IMG/VR virus record: IMGVR_UViG_3300017963_002532
Coordinates: 1-64,000 of that record
Direction: 5' to 3' (one strand)
Length of the DNA: 64,000 nucleotides
Source of the DNA: a virus
Lineage: Duplodnaviria > Heunggongvirae > Uroviricota > Caudoviricetes
The translations under genes were made by a program, and so were the position numbers. Each line of letters starts with the position of its first letter. Position 1 is the stretch's first letter. Below, piece by piece: positions 36,256 through 45,680 of the stretch. The notes under the pieces are model-generated. The model did no database searches. It was not told the DNA's origin and saw nothing but the letters and a program-made list of their open reading frames with translations.

Positions 36256-36559
36256 CGAGACGGATAAGTGGGCTGAGCAATTCACTCGCTGGAAAGAGTT
36301 CTCGAAGGCTCACAACCTGACGAGAGATCGGCGCGTAGATTTTCGTCCCACCTGCTACAAGTGTAAAGGGTTCGGCAAGGTATTCAAAAACATTCACGAC
36401 CTCGACTCTATCACTGACTGCCCCAAGTGTAAGGGTAATGGAAACCTCCCACCGAAGCCGAAGTATTCTAACGAAGAGATCCGCGAGGTTGTAGACGTTC
36501 TCGGACCCGACAAGGTAAGAGAGCTAGTAGAGAAATACAGGAAGGAGCGTAAGAAATGA
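36239..36559 (+). CDS. zinc-ribbon protein (106 aa)
   Basis: CYKCKG...CPKCKG. Confidence 0.5.
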   Translation: MMQDFDETDKWAEQFTRWKEFSKAHNLTRDRRVDFRPTCYKCKGFGKVFKNIHDLDSITDCPKCKGNGNLPPKPKYSNEEIREVVDVLGPDKVRELVEKYRKERKK

Positions 36560-36936
36560 AGTATGTGATGCTGCTTCTCGTTGTTCTTTGCCTGGGTGGC
36601 TGCGCGATGGTCCACACCACGCCGGAACCAGTCGTCCAGGGTGCCCTGCTTTCAGCGCAGATGGCTGAGATCAACCAAAAGAACGTCCGCGCCGTCAACA
36701 ATGAGTATCATCGTATGCTCGTCGCTATCCTTGAGGAAGTCTACGAGGATGACCCCGAGAAGCTAGAGCAGATGATCGCCGTGGCAGACGAGCTAAAGGC
36801 TGCGGTTGGTGCGAAGTTCTATCGTCCGGCGGAGATTAATGCCGAGTTGGCGCGGGCTATTGCCGCTTACCTGAAGACTCCCGGTATTGGTCTTGAGAAA
36901 CTCGAAACTATCTTGCAGATGATTGCGGCTAAGTGA
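36556..36936 (+). CDS. lipoprotein (126 aa)
   Basis: MKYVMLLLVVLCLGGCA lipobox. Confidence 0.55.
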   Translation: MKYVMLLLVVLCLGGCAMVHTTPEPVVQGALLSAQMAEINQKNVRAVNNEYHRMLVAILEEVYEDDPEKLEQMIAVADELKAAVGAKFYRPAEINAELARAIAAYLKTPGIGLEKLETILQMIAAK

Positions 36937-37187
36937 TGAAACAACTAACTAAAGCTGAGTTGAAGGAACGCCTCCTACGAATAGCAGAGACTCTACCCAC
37001 GCAGGAAGAAACCTCCCTGTTCGGTTTCGACCTAAACGTTATTGACTCAGGGCAACAGCTTCTTACAGAAGAGGCGAAGAAGAAGCTGATTGCACAGATT
37101 AAGTCCGCGAAGACGACGAAAGACCAACTGAGACGAGCGTTCGCTCTACTGAGTGGGTTGGCGAAGATCGCGGTCATGTTCGCCTAG
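36933..37187 (+). CDS. hypothetical protein (84 aa)
   Basis: clean ORF. Confidence 0.45.
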   Translation: MMKQLTKAELKERLLRIAETLPTQEETSLFGFDLNVIDSGQQLLTEEAKKKLIAQIKSAKTTKDQLRRAFALLSGLAKIAVMFA

Positions 37188-37199
37188 AGGGGGATTATA

Positions 37200-38000
37200 A
37201 TGAAGAAGATCCTAACGATGTTGCTGGCGGTTGTGGTGCTTAGCTCTATGGCGATGGCACAGACACCAAAAGAACTAAACGGGATCAGAAAGGCGTCTTG
37301 TCAAATCCGTGTCGGCGCTGAGTTCGCCGAAGTGAAGCGCGAAGTCGAGGTCAACGGCAAGAAGATTATCCTGAAGCACACTCCCAGGTGGGGTTCTGCT
37401 GGATCAGGCACGATTGTCGGACGCACGCTAACGAAGGATAAGAGCAAGCCGAAGTGGGTCTATTGGATCATGACGGCGAAGCACTGCTTCCCGCCCAATT
37501 TCAAGAAGGCAGTGAAGAAGGCTCTTTGGATTCACTTCTATGGTCACAATGGGGCGAAAGACGTGATGATTTGGGGCGCATCTAAGTTCTGGATCAACCC
37601 GGGCAGTGAAGACGTGGCTTTCCTCGGCTTCTACTCTTCCGAAGACCTGCCGATGATCCCGCTGGCGAAGTTGCCAGAGAATCTGTTCGGCGTGCGCTTC
37701 ATTGGTGTCGGTCATCCGTTTGTGCTCACCCCGTTCATCCGGGCGGGCTTCTTCACAACCAACGCTCCGACGCCGAATCACAAGGCTGATCGCGTTGGAA
37801 CTAGTTGCGCCTTTGCGCCGGGCATGAGTGGCGGCGGCGTGTTCATTATGCAGGACGGTAAACTGCGTGCGGCGGGCATCATCACATCATGGATTGGCAA
37901 CACACGGACACCAGACCGTTTTGGTTGCGTTACGAGAATCGATCATATTCTCAAGGCGCTTGCGAAATTCAAAATGTCTCACATGGTGGAGCAAAAGTAA
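37200..38000 (+). CDS. secreted trypsin-like (S1) serine protease (266 aa)
   Basis: signal peptide; catalytic triad contexts TAKHC, DVAFL, GMSGGGVF. Confidence 0.7.
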   Translation: MKKILTMLLAVVVLSSMAMAQTPKELNGIRKASCQIRVGAEFAEVKREVEVNGKKIILKHTPRWGSAGSGTIVGRTLTKDKSKPKWVYWIMTAKHCFPPNFKKAVKKALWIHFYGHNGAKDVMIWGASKFWINPGSEDVAFLGFYSSEDLPMIPLAKLPENLFGVRFIGVGHPFVLTPFIRAGFFTTNAPTPNHKADRVGTSCAFAPGMSGGGVFIMQDGKLRAAGIITSWIGNTRTPDRFGCVTRIDHILKALAKFKMSHMVEQK

Positions 38001-38263
38001 TGGGTTCACCCCTATCGTTTGAGGCTGCGCTGCGCGAAACCGTGCGCAGTTGGTTGAAGGATCTTGCCCTGGATTCCACCGCAAGGGAGGAAATTATCCA
38101 GGGTCTCATCACTGACCTTCTTCGGTTGCGTCAGGATGAGAAGTCGGGTAGATTCGTGCCACATGGACGGGCTGTGGCGATGAACCCGCTGGCGTCAGAA
38201 CGCACGTCCGAACGCCTCGCTGGACGAACTGACAAGCCACCGAAACCGCCTCAAACTTATTAG
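38000..38263 (+). CDS. hypothetical protein (87 aa)
   Basis: TAATG coupling; table start 37889 overlaps protease gene. Confidence 0.45.
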   Translation: MGSPLSFEAALRETVRSWLKDLALDSTAREEIIQGLITDLLRLRQDEKSGRFVPHGRAVAMNPLASERTSERLAGRTDKPPKPPQTY

Positions 38264-38293
38264 GAAAAACCTTGCAATATTTCAGAGCCTAGC

Positions 38294-38305
38294 GAGTTAT
38301 AATAG
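38294..38305 (+). promoter_or_regulatory. GAGTTATAATAG promoter-like motif
   Basis: upstream of 38369. Confidence 0.5.
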
Positions 38306-38368
38306 TGGAGGGGGACTGCATAGAGTATGCGGTCCCCACTATTTTTGTTCAACCGAGGAGTTACAACG

Positions 38369-38848
38369 ATGAAGAAGACGCTGGCTCTGATCGGCTTGCT
38401 TGCCGCCCTCACCCTTTCCACCGCTACGGCACAAGAGGCGTGCCGTGTTCCCGCCTACAAGATCGTCCCTCCCATCAGCATCACCAAGGTTGGTAAGTCT
38501 GCCAACTTCCAGGTGATCCCCGCCGCTGCCGCGCTCAAGAAGGTGCCGGGCAACGTGTGGTATGTTGTCGCTGGTTCCTATACTACGAGCCCGGGTTTCA
38601 CATTCCTCGGTGCGCAAGTGCCGCTCGCCATTGACCCTATGTTCGAGGCGTCCCTCGTCTATGCGAACTCCTCGATCTTTCAGAATACCTACGGACTCCT
38701 CGATAAGAACCGCAGGGCGAAGTTCCAGATCAACGTGCCGAAGATCCGGCAGTTGCGTGGTCTGAAAGTCTTCTTCGCTGCCGGTATCTTCGAGGAACAG
38801 ACCAAGAAGTTCCGGGTCACCAACCCGGTCGTTCTCAAGGTGCGATAA
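38369..38848 (+). CDS. secreted protein (159 aa)
   Basis: classic signal peptide MKKTLALIGLLAALTLSTATAQE; GAGGAG RBS. Confidence 0.55.
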   Translation: MKKTLALIGLLAALTLSTATAQEACRVPAYKIVPPISITKVGKSANFQVIPAAAALKKVPGNVWYVVAGSYTTSPGFTFLGAQVPLAIDPMFEASLVYANSSIFQNTYGLLDKNRRAKFQINVPKIRQLRGLKVFFAAGIFEEQTKKFRVTNPVVLKVR

Positions 38849-39199
38849 ATGGAACAGGAAGACAAACCACTCGATCCTTTCTTCGAGACGGTGCGTTCCA
38901 ACGTAAAACAGGCGCGGGGTAACGCCAAGCTACGCGAGGTTCTCGCAGCTATCCTTGGTGGTAAACCCGCGTCTCTTACGCGGGACGAGACAATCGCTAT
39001 CATTCACATGCTTCCCGAACAATACGAGGCACTGTGCCGGTTCGTGGGAGTGAAACCACAGCTTACCAGGGTTGATGATGGACCGGAGCAACAGCTACAT
39101 TCTGGATCTGAGGAAACTGGCGGACCCGATCTACCTGTTCAAGACGAGGGGAATGAGTCCGGAGCAGATCGCTCGGGCTATGACCCGATGGAGCAGTAG
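38849..39199 (+). CDS. hypothetical protein (116 aa) with disordered acidic tail
   Basis: clean ORF; 3' 128 nt overlap with next ORF in +1 frame. Confidence 0.45.
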   Translation: MEQEDKPLDPFFETVRSNVKQARGNAKLREVLAAILGGKPASLTRDETIAIIHMLPEQYEALCRFVGVKPQLTRVDDGPEQQLHSGSEETGGPDLPVQDEGNESGADRSGYDPMEQ

Positions 39200-39536
39200 A
39201 GACAGGAGCATCCTGCCACACAACTTCTACCAAATGAGCTACACCGCAGATGACGTGCGGAAGTATCTGAAAGACAACCACGTTGATCCAGACGGTGTGC
39301 AGTTCGTTGCGTTCCAGGAAGAAATCAGACCCAATATCTTTTACAAGGACGCTACACCCGGCATCCCTAACGCACCAGACCCGTTGGTGGTGCTTGGAGT
39401 AGCATCGCCCCCGAGGCAGGGGCGCGTTTGTTACAACAACATCACACTACCCCAACTGTTAATTTGGACCGGCGTAAGTGCGCTGGTCTTCTGGTATATC
39501 TTCGACACTCTTCTTAGATCCCTGTTAGGAGTATGA
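39072..39536 (+). CDS. hypothetical protein with C-terminal TM helix (154 aa; alternative start 39150)
   Basis: overlaps previous ORF; GACGAGGGGA RBS before ATG 39150. Confidence 0.4.
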   Translation: MMMDRSNSYILDLRKLADPIYLFKTRGMSPEQIARAMTRWSSRDRSILPHNFYQMSYTADDVRKYLKDNHVDPDGVQFVAFQEEIRPNIFYKDATPGIPNAPDPLVVLGVASPPRQGRVCYNNITLPQLLIWTGVSALVFWYIFDTLLRSLLGV

Positions 39537-40114
39537 CAATGGATCTTCCTTCTTTCCTGTCCAGCGTGGACCCCAAGGTGGCGATCACTGCCGTCATGGC
39601 GCTCTTTGCGTCGATGACCACGATGATCGGTGCTCGCAAGTTCCTGTCGATCGACAACTTCGAGTCGTTCCTGACGATGCGCCTCGCCCGTCTCGGCGTG
39701 CTCATCCTCTCCCCCCTTCTCTACCCATACTTTGTGGGTCGGCGTATGCTCTTTCGCATCAATCGCTCGCTCACCAAGAGCAAGCGTAAGTTCGCTCAGA
39801 AGCGTTTGAAGAAGGCGGACGCTGGCACTGAAGAGTTCGAGAACTACGCCCTCAACGTGCGTAAAGCCGACAATACCCTTAGCGAGTCTCGCAAGACGTT
39901 CTACGCGGGCTTCGGCAACGAGTGGGCTATGGACGATCCCGAATGGTGGATTCTGAAGTTTGGCGCGTGGCTTCTCGGTGCGATTCCGATCGCCCTCATT
40001 GCCGTTGTCACCTGGGTTCCCGGTGCGCGTGAGATCGATCTCGGCGTGACTGAGACTCTGACGCAGGGTCTCCGCACGGCGGGTGAGTTCCTCGTCTCTA
40101 TGGGTGGCAAGTAG
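39533..40114 (+). CDS. membrane protein (193 aa), paralog of 43140..43682
   Basis: N-terminal TM, basic linker, C-terminal TM and shared tail EIDLGVTETL...GEFLVSMGGK. Confidence 0.55.
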   Translation: MTMDLPSFLSSVDPKVAITAVMALFASMTTMIGARKFLSIDNFESFLTMRLARLGVLILSPLLYPYFVGRRMLFRINRSLTKSKRKFAQKRLKKADAGTEEFENYALNVRKADNTLSESRKTFYAGFGNEWAMDDPEWWILKFGAWLLGAIPIALIAVVTWVPGAREIDLGVTETLTQGLRTAGEFLVSMGGK

Positions 40115-40128
40115 TCTGGAGTCTGATC

Positions 40129-40590
40129 ATGAGCCACTATCTAGTCAACCTGATCGCAATACTGGTCGTGGGTTTCATCCCGGCTCTCATCGTCACGAAG
40201 AAGATGCACCTTGTTCGTGAGAGCAAGTCTCCCATCTCTTTTTTCGCCATGTTTGGGCTCGCGTGGTTCACGGGGTTCGTGTGGATCGTCTACATGCCGC
40301 TGGCGCTGTTGTTTGGTATAATCACCAAGCTGCACTACGTCACGGCATACTACTGGAACCGAAAAGATCCGGATCTGCGCAGAGTAATGAAGGAAACGCC
40401 GATCCTTACCTTTGATGGAGATCACCACGGCTCTGCGGTAGGAGCATACATCTGTTCTTTTGTCGCGGGGCTTATCTTTCTTGTCGCCGCCTTTGTGGTT
40501 GATTCTGGAGACCCGCTACCAGGACAAGTCATCGCAGATCATATCAGGTCTGCGCTCACGATGCTCGGTAATTTGTTGACACAGCTATGA
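40129..40590 (+). CDS. polytopic membrane protein (153 aa)
   Basis: four predicted TM helices. Confidence 0.55.
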   Translation: MSHYLVNLIAILVVGFIPALIVTKKMHLVRESKSPISFFAMFGLAWFTGFVWIVYMPLALLFGIITKLHYVTAYYWNRKDPDLRRVMKETPILTFDGDHHGSAVGAYICSFVAGLIFLVAAFVVDSGDPLPGQVIADHIRSALTMLGNLLTQL

Positions 40591-41702
40591 CAATCAACAT
40601 CAACTCTGTTGAGGATATCGCCCGCCTTCTTCTTGCCGGTGAGTTCGATATCGGCGGGGAAGAGATGCGCACGCGCTATGGCAACGTGAAGGTCACGCGC
40701 AACGGTGATCTCGCCTTGTTCAACTACACGAACAACGCTGCCATTGAGAACACTTGGAATCAGTTCGAGTGTCTCTCACGCGGGCTGATTATCAACGCGG
40801 TCACTGGCGAGGTTGTCGCACGTCCCTTCCCGAAGTTCTTCAATCTCGGGCAGAAGTTGGATCGCAAGCCGACGGGCTGTATGCTTGAAGCCACGGAGAA
40901 GATGGACGGTTCGCTCGGCATCTTCTACCGTCACGACGGACAGTATCTTGTCTCTACTCGCGGGTCATTCGATGGTCCACAGGCTCAGTGGGCAACCAGC
41001 CATCTCAACCTCTGGTATGATGCAGAGAAGGTGCCCACTCAGTATACTCTCCTGTTCGAGATCATCTACCCCGACAATCGTGTGGTGGTTGACTACGGCG
41101 ATCGAGAAGACCTCGTTCTCATCGGTGTGGTTGACCGCTTCACCGGGGAAGAGCTACCGTTCTACTCTTCGGGTGATTGTGTCTACAAGATTTCTGAAGA
41201 GTTAGGGTTCCCTCTTCCCAAAATTTTTTCGTTCAACGCTGTGAACGACGTGCTTGAGGCGTCGGAAAAGCTGACTCATAATGAAGAAGGATATGTGCTG
41301 CGATTCTCTTGCGGCACGCGCCTGAAGATCAAGGGTGACAAATACCTCACGGCGCACCGCATCCTGACGAACGCTACGTGGAAGAACATTGTGAAGGCTG
41401 TCCATGACGGTTCGATCGATGATATACTACACGTTGTTCCCGACGAGTTCACTGTTGGAATTAGAACCTGGGTTCGGTATCTCTATCAGAAGGTCAAAGA
41501 CCTGGAGAGGCACATCAACTACCTATATCTTAAGGCACCGAAGGCTACCCGGAAAGAGTATGCAGAATGGGTGATGCAGGAATGCAAACTTCTTTCCTCT
41601 CTCATGTTCGCTCGGATGGATGAGAAACCCTTGCGTCCGATTATCTTCGCTCGGTTCATGCAGGACGAGCCGGATGCAAAACAACTTGAGGAGTTCAAGT
41701 AA
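40587..41702 (+). CDS. T4 Rnl1-like RNA ligase (371 aa)
   Basis: ARPFPKFFNLGQ, EKMDGSLGIFY (KxDG), EGYVLRF, LKIKGDKY match Rnl1 motifs RPMEKFFNL, KEDGSLVS, EGYV, HFKIK. Confidence 0.7.
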   Translation: MTININSVEDIARLLLAGEFDIGGEEMRTRYGNVKVTRNGDLALFNYTNNAAIENTWNQFECLSRGLIINAVTGEVVARPFPKFFNLGQKLDRKPTGCMLEATEKMDGSLGIFYRHDGQYLVSTRGSFDGPQAQWATSHLNLWYDAEKVPTQYTLLFEIIYPDNRVVVDYGDREDLVLIGVVDRFTGEELPFYSSGDCVYKISEELGFPLPKIFSFNAVNDVLEASEKLTHNEEGYVLRFSCGTRLKIKGDKYLTAHRILTNATWKNIVKAVHDGSIDDILHVVPDEFTVGIRTWVRYLYQKVKDLERHINYLYLKAPKATRKEYAEWVMQECKLLSSLMFARMDEKPLRPIIFARFMQDEPDAKQLEEFK

Positions 41703-43138
41703 TGCGTTTCATGGCGCTACTGCTATTACTTATCGTCGGCTCCGCTTCTGCACAGATCGACTGGCAATACATCAACCAGTCGAATACTCAGGCTCTTGAG
41801 TCGTTCCTCGACGATCATCTGACCGCCGAGAAGTTTCAGAAGCCTGAAGACCGTGGGTGTTGTCGCTCATGGAAGGGTCACTACAACTGCACCGACTACG
41901 GGATCGCGCTTTGGGTGTTGCAAGAATACCGACACTGCAATAGTCGCTCCCTGAAAGACAAGGCGCGACGGTGGCTCAAGCTGCACGTCAATCACCTTGT
42001 CTCGTATGGCTACGACTGGACTAAGCACGAGGTAGGCGGCGAGGGCGTCATGCTCCACCCCGTATGGAAGCAGGGAACCTCAAACGATAGCGACCGCCTC
42101 CGCCACGTTCATCTTGCGCCCTATTGTGCTCTTTACATGGACCCAACGGTCCTCTCAATAGAAGAGAAGGCGGCTCTCAAGAAGGTGATTGTCGATTGGG
42201 CTGACAACTTCTACCTGAAGATCGACTGGCTGAAGATGCGCAACCACGGCAAGCTGTTCCAGTATGGGCGCGGCATGGTCCCGGCGCGTGGACTCATCCA
42301 GATGTTCGAGATGACGCAGGACTACAAGTATCTCATGGCGGCGCAGTATATTTTCCTCTGCACCTATTGGGAGTTTGACCGTCCTGTTGGCAAGTTCAAG
42401 GCGTATGACACCGGCTACGAAGGTGAGAAGCGAACCGAGAAGCTACTCTATTACGCGGCGCACTTCAATATGGAGCCGTGGCAGATCGCATTCACCGGAG
42501 AGGTCGCAGCCTACATCCATCAGCTAACCTTCGACCCGTATGTTCGTGCGTTTTGTCGCAAGGTCATCCTGGATATCACAAATTGGGTGGTGCGACAGGA
42601 TATTCCCTACGGAGATCTTGAGAAAGACGGCGACGGGAAGTTGCGTCTTTCCTTCTTGCAAGGCGGCTCGCTGTTTGGCACAAACGCCAAGCAACTCGAT
42701 CCACTTGCCGCTCTCAACCTCGATCCGAACGTAGAGTTCTATCCTCTCGCGCCGCTCCGCGCTCACTATTGGGACGGCGGCTACTTTAAGAAGTATCTCC
42801 CGGACCTCAAGCTGCGGGCACATTACCCGCGTCGTGCGCCGGGTTCTCCTCCTCCGGGTCCGACGATGAGTCACCCGCTGCTGTATAATTGGGCGGATAT
42901 GTTGCTGACCCGCTTCTTCATTACTGGCGACCCAAAGGATCTTGCATGGGCGCGGTGGGCTTATCGGGACAGTAAATACTTTGCTAACAGGTCAAGCGTA
43001 GTGGACAAGCGTAAGTTGTCGAAGCCTGACAAAATCCACTACGGCACAGGTAACATCTCCACGACTCGTTCGTTCGCATGGTGGGCGCGTGGCTCACTAT
43101 GGGCGCGGCGAGCACTTCATGGGCTGAAAGGGCAGTAA
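41702..43138 (+). CDS. large secreted protein (478 aa), function unknown
   Basis: signal peptide MRFMALLLLLIVGSASAQ; Trp/Tyr-rich. Confidence 0.55.
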   Translation: MRFMALLLLLIVGSASAQIDWQYINQSNTQALESFLDDHLTAEKFQKPEDRGCCRSWKGHYNCTDYGIALWVLQEYRHCNSRSLKDKARRWLKLHVNHLVSYGYDWTKHEVGGEGVMLHPVWKQGTSNDSDRLRHVHLAPYCALYMDPTVLSIEEKAALKKVIVDWADNFYLKIDWLKMRNHGKLFQYGRGMVPARGLIQMFEMTQDYKYLMAAQYIFLCTYWEFDRPVGKFKAYDTGYEGEKRTEKLLYYAAHFNMEPWQIAFTGEVAAYIHQLTFDPYVRAFCRKVILDITNWVVRQDIPYGDLEKDGDGKLRLSFLQGGSLFGTNAKQLDPLAALNLDPNVEFYPLAPLRAHYWDGGYFKKYLPDLKLRAHYPRRAPGSPPPGPTMSHPLLYNWADMLLTRFFITGDPKDLAWARWAYRDSKYFANRSSVVDKRKLSKPDKIHYGTGNISTTRSFAWWARGSLWARRALHGLKGQ

Positions 43139-43139
43139 T

Positions 43140-43682
43140 ATGGACACACTACACGTCCAACTCGGCGTCATGGGTTTTCTCTGGATCGTTTCCCAGATTC
43201 TTGTTCGCATCGAGGCGAAGGATGAGTTCTCCCGGGTCGGGTATAATAGTTCGTGGGGTTACAATGCCGCTCGCGGTTTTCTAACCCTATTCGCACCTCT
43301 CTTTCTACCATACTGGACCGGAAAGAGCGTGTTGTGTCGTCTAAAGAAGCGATTCCATAAGGGGCGTGTTAAGTTTCTTACTCGTGCGTCTAAAGAGGGC
43401 ACGCTGACGGATACGCAAGAGAAACTCCTTGCTGACTCGCAGGTCGTCGTGAAGACGAAGCTGCGCACGATGAAGGCTAAGATCCACGCGATCCACCCGG
43501 GTCCCGGACCCAACCAGGGTGCCCCGATCTGTGTCCCGGTGTGGTTGCTCGGCGCGGCTCCCGTTGCTGCCATCGTATGCCTGACGTGGATTCCGGGGCT
43601 GCACGTAGAACTCGGAGTCACCGAGGCGCTGAGTTCTGCGTCACAGAACGTTGGCGAGTGGCTGCTCAGTATTGGAAAGTAA
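43140..43682 (+). CDS. membrane protein (180 aa), paralog of 39533..40114
   Basis: shared C-terminal tail HVELGVTEALSS...GEWLLSIGK. Confidence 0.55.
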   Translation: MDTLHVQLGVMGFLWIVSQILVRIEAKDEFSRVGYNSSWGYNAARGFLTLFAPLFLPYWTGKSVLCRLKKRFHKGRVKFLTRASKEGTLTDTQEKLLADSQVVVKTKLRTMKAKIHAIHPGPGPNQGAPICVPVWLLGAAPVAAIVCLTWIPGLHVELGVTEALSSASQNVGEWLLSIGK

Positions 43683-43688
43683 TCTTCG

Positions 43689-44240
43689 ATGGGATACGAG
43701 AAACGGGAATCTTACCTCGCACGCTTTCGTAAGAATCGAGAGTTAGCCAAACAGATCGAACACAAGGTGCCGAAGTTCAAGCGGCGCAAGTGTAAGGCGT
43801 GTGGCAAGGTAAAAAACTGCGCGTGGATGTATACGTGCAACACACGAGGGATTCCCGTCTATCGAGCCCATTGTGTTTCCTGCATGAAGGAATGGCAAAA
43901 CCGCGAGCGACGGAAGAAGTGGAGTGGCAATCCGGATAGGCAAAAACAACGCTCGCAACTACGGGCGGAACAAAAGAGCCGTGCCATTAAGATGTTAGGC
44001 GGTAAGTGTAAACTTTGTGGATATAACAAGAGCCTATGGGGTCTTGACTTTCACCACAAAGACCCCGCCACGAAGACTACAACTATCGGCAGACTGCTTG
44101 GCTCCTCGTGGGAGAAGGTCGAAGCCGAAGCCAAGAAGTGTATTTTGCTGTGTAAAAACTGTCACGCAGAAGTAGAAGAGAAAGAGTACAATGAAAAAGG
44201 TTTTGGCTCCCAAAGACGCCAGCGTCCTCGTGCCAGTTAA
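43689..44240 (+). CDS. HNH endonuclease (183 aa)
   Basis: CKACGK...CVSC...CKLCG...LDFHHKDP...CKNCH. Confidence 0.7.
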   Translation: MGYEKRESYLARFRKNRELAKQIEHKVPKFKRRKCKACGKVKNCAWMYTCNTRGIPVYRAHCVSCMKEWQNRERRKKWSGNPDRQKQRSQLRAEQKSRAIKMLGGKCKLCGYNKSLWGLDFHHKDPATKTTTIGRLLGSSWEKVEAEAKKCILLCKNCHAEVEEKEYNEKGFGSQRRQRPRAS

Positions 44241-45372
44241 GATGTGGCTTGATGATTGTGAAGACGCCGCGATCGAGCAAGTGAAAAATGTAGCATCTCT
44301 TCCGTTTGCTTACAAGCATATCGCACTCATGGGAGATGCCCACTTCGGATTCGGTTGCCCGATTGGGACGGTGTGTGCAACACAAGGGGTTGTGCTGCCT
44401 TCTTTGGTCGGAGTCGATATCGGCTGCGGCATGTGCGCTGTCAAGACTACTATCGAGGCGGCGGAAGTTGACCTCAAGGCGATCATGGGTATCATTCGCC
44501 GGACAATCCCCGTCGGTTTCAAGCACCACGCCAAACCACAGGATGGCAAGTGGATGCCCTCGTTGAACGGCGCGGGACTGTGTGCCAACGCTGTTGTTCT
44601 CGAAGAGTATGAGTCCGCCCGTAACCAAGTAGGAACGCTCGGCGGCGGCAACCACTTCATCGAGTTACAGCGTGACGAGCAGGGCTTCCTGTGGATTATG
44701 ATTCACTCCGGCTCCCGCAACCTAGGCTATAAGGTCGCCAAGTATTATAATGACGAGGCAAAGCGCATCAACCAGAAGTGGTTTAGTCAGGTCGATCCTA
44801 AGTGGGACCTTGCATTCCTGCCGCTTGATAGCTCGTGGGGAACCTGCTACATGGCAGAAATGAACTACTGTGTAGAGTTCGCCCTCAAGAACCGCGAGTT
44901 AATGCTGTATCGCGCCGCGATGGCGGTCGAGCAGGTCGTGGGGAAGGTGGAGTTCGAGCCGACAATCAACATCGCCCACAACTACGCCGCGATGGAGAAT
45001 CACTTCGGCAAGAACGTCGTTGTCCATCGTAAGGGTGCTACCCGGGCTCGTAAAGGCGAGATTGGGATCATCCCCGGGTCGCAGGGCACCTCTTCATATA
45101 TCGTGCGCGGGCTTGGCAACCCGGAGTCGTTCCAGTCGTGTTCGCACGGAGCGGGGCGCGTGATGGGTCGCAAGGAAGCGAAGAGAACGCTGGATCTTGA
45201 GGCGGAGAAGAAGCGCCTCGACGATCAGGGTATCATTCACTCTATTCGTTCGCGGGACGATCTGGATGAGGCTGCTTCTTGTTACAAGGATATTGATACC
45301 GTCATGGAGAATCAAAGCGACCTCGTGGAGATTGTCACCCGCCTGGAACCCCTGGCTGTGGTGAAGGGATAG
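44191..45372 (+). CDS. rtcB: RtcB-family RNA ligase (393 aa)
   Basis: DAHFGFGCPIG, GGNHFIELQ, HSGSRNLG, HNYA, SCSHGAGR motifs. Confidence 0.8.
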   Translation: MKKVLAPKDASVLVPVKMWLDDCEDAAIEQVKNVASLPFAYKHIALMGDAHFGFGCPIGTVCATQGVVLPSLVGVDIGCGMCAVKTTIEAAEVDLKAIMGIIRRTIPVGFKHHAKPQDGKWMPSLNGAGLCANAVVLEEYESARNQVGTLGGGNHFIELQRDEQGFLWIMIHSGSRNLGYKVAKYYNDEAKRINQKWFSQVDPKWDLAFLPLDSSWGTCYMAEMNYCVEFALKNRELMLYRAAMAVEQVVGKVEFEPTINIAHNYAAMENHFGKNVVVHRKGATRARKGEIGIIPGSQGTSSYIVRGLGNPESFQSCSHGAGRVMGRKEAKRTLDLEAEKKRLDDQGIIHSIRSRDDLDEAASCYKDIDTVMENQSDLVEIVTRLEPLAVVKG

Positions 45373-45374
45373 CC

Positions 45375-45680
45375 ATGAAACCGAGAGTCTTACTATCTTC
45401 CGGCAACTACCGGATTGTCGATCGCGGATCAGACCACTGGAAACGCTTCGTGATCGAAGAGGGTGGAGACTACGATCATATGGGCGTGCGTCAATGGAAT
45501 GAGATTTCGTTCGAGCGCAACGTCCACGGTCAAAAGTTTCTGAAAGAAGACGTCTTCAATAATATCATCGACGAGATCGGTAAGGTGTTACGTCGTCGTG
45601 AACTCCGCGCCCGTGGTCGTCGTCGTGAACTAACCTTGCGGCAGAGAATCGCTGCCAAGAAGGCGAGAAAAGATGCGTAG
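45375..45680 (+). CDS. hypothetical protein with Arg-rich C-terminus (101 aa)
   Basis: clean ORF. Confidence 0.45.
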   Translation: MKPRVLLSSGNYRIVDRGSDHWKRFVIEEGGDYDHMGVRQWNEISFERNVHGQKFLKEDVFNNIIDEIGKVLRRRELRARGRRRELTLRQRIAAKKARKDA

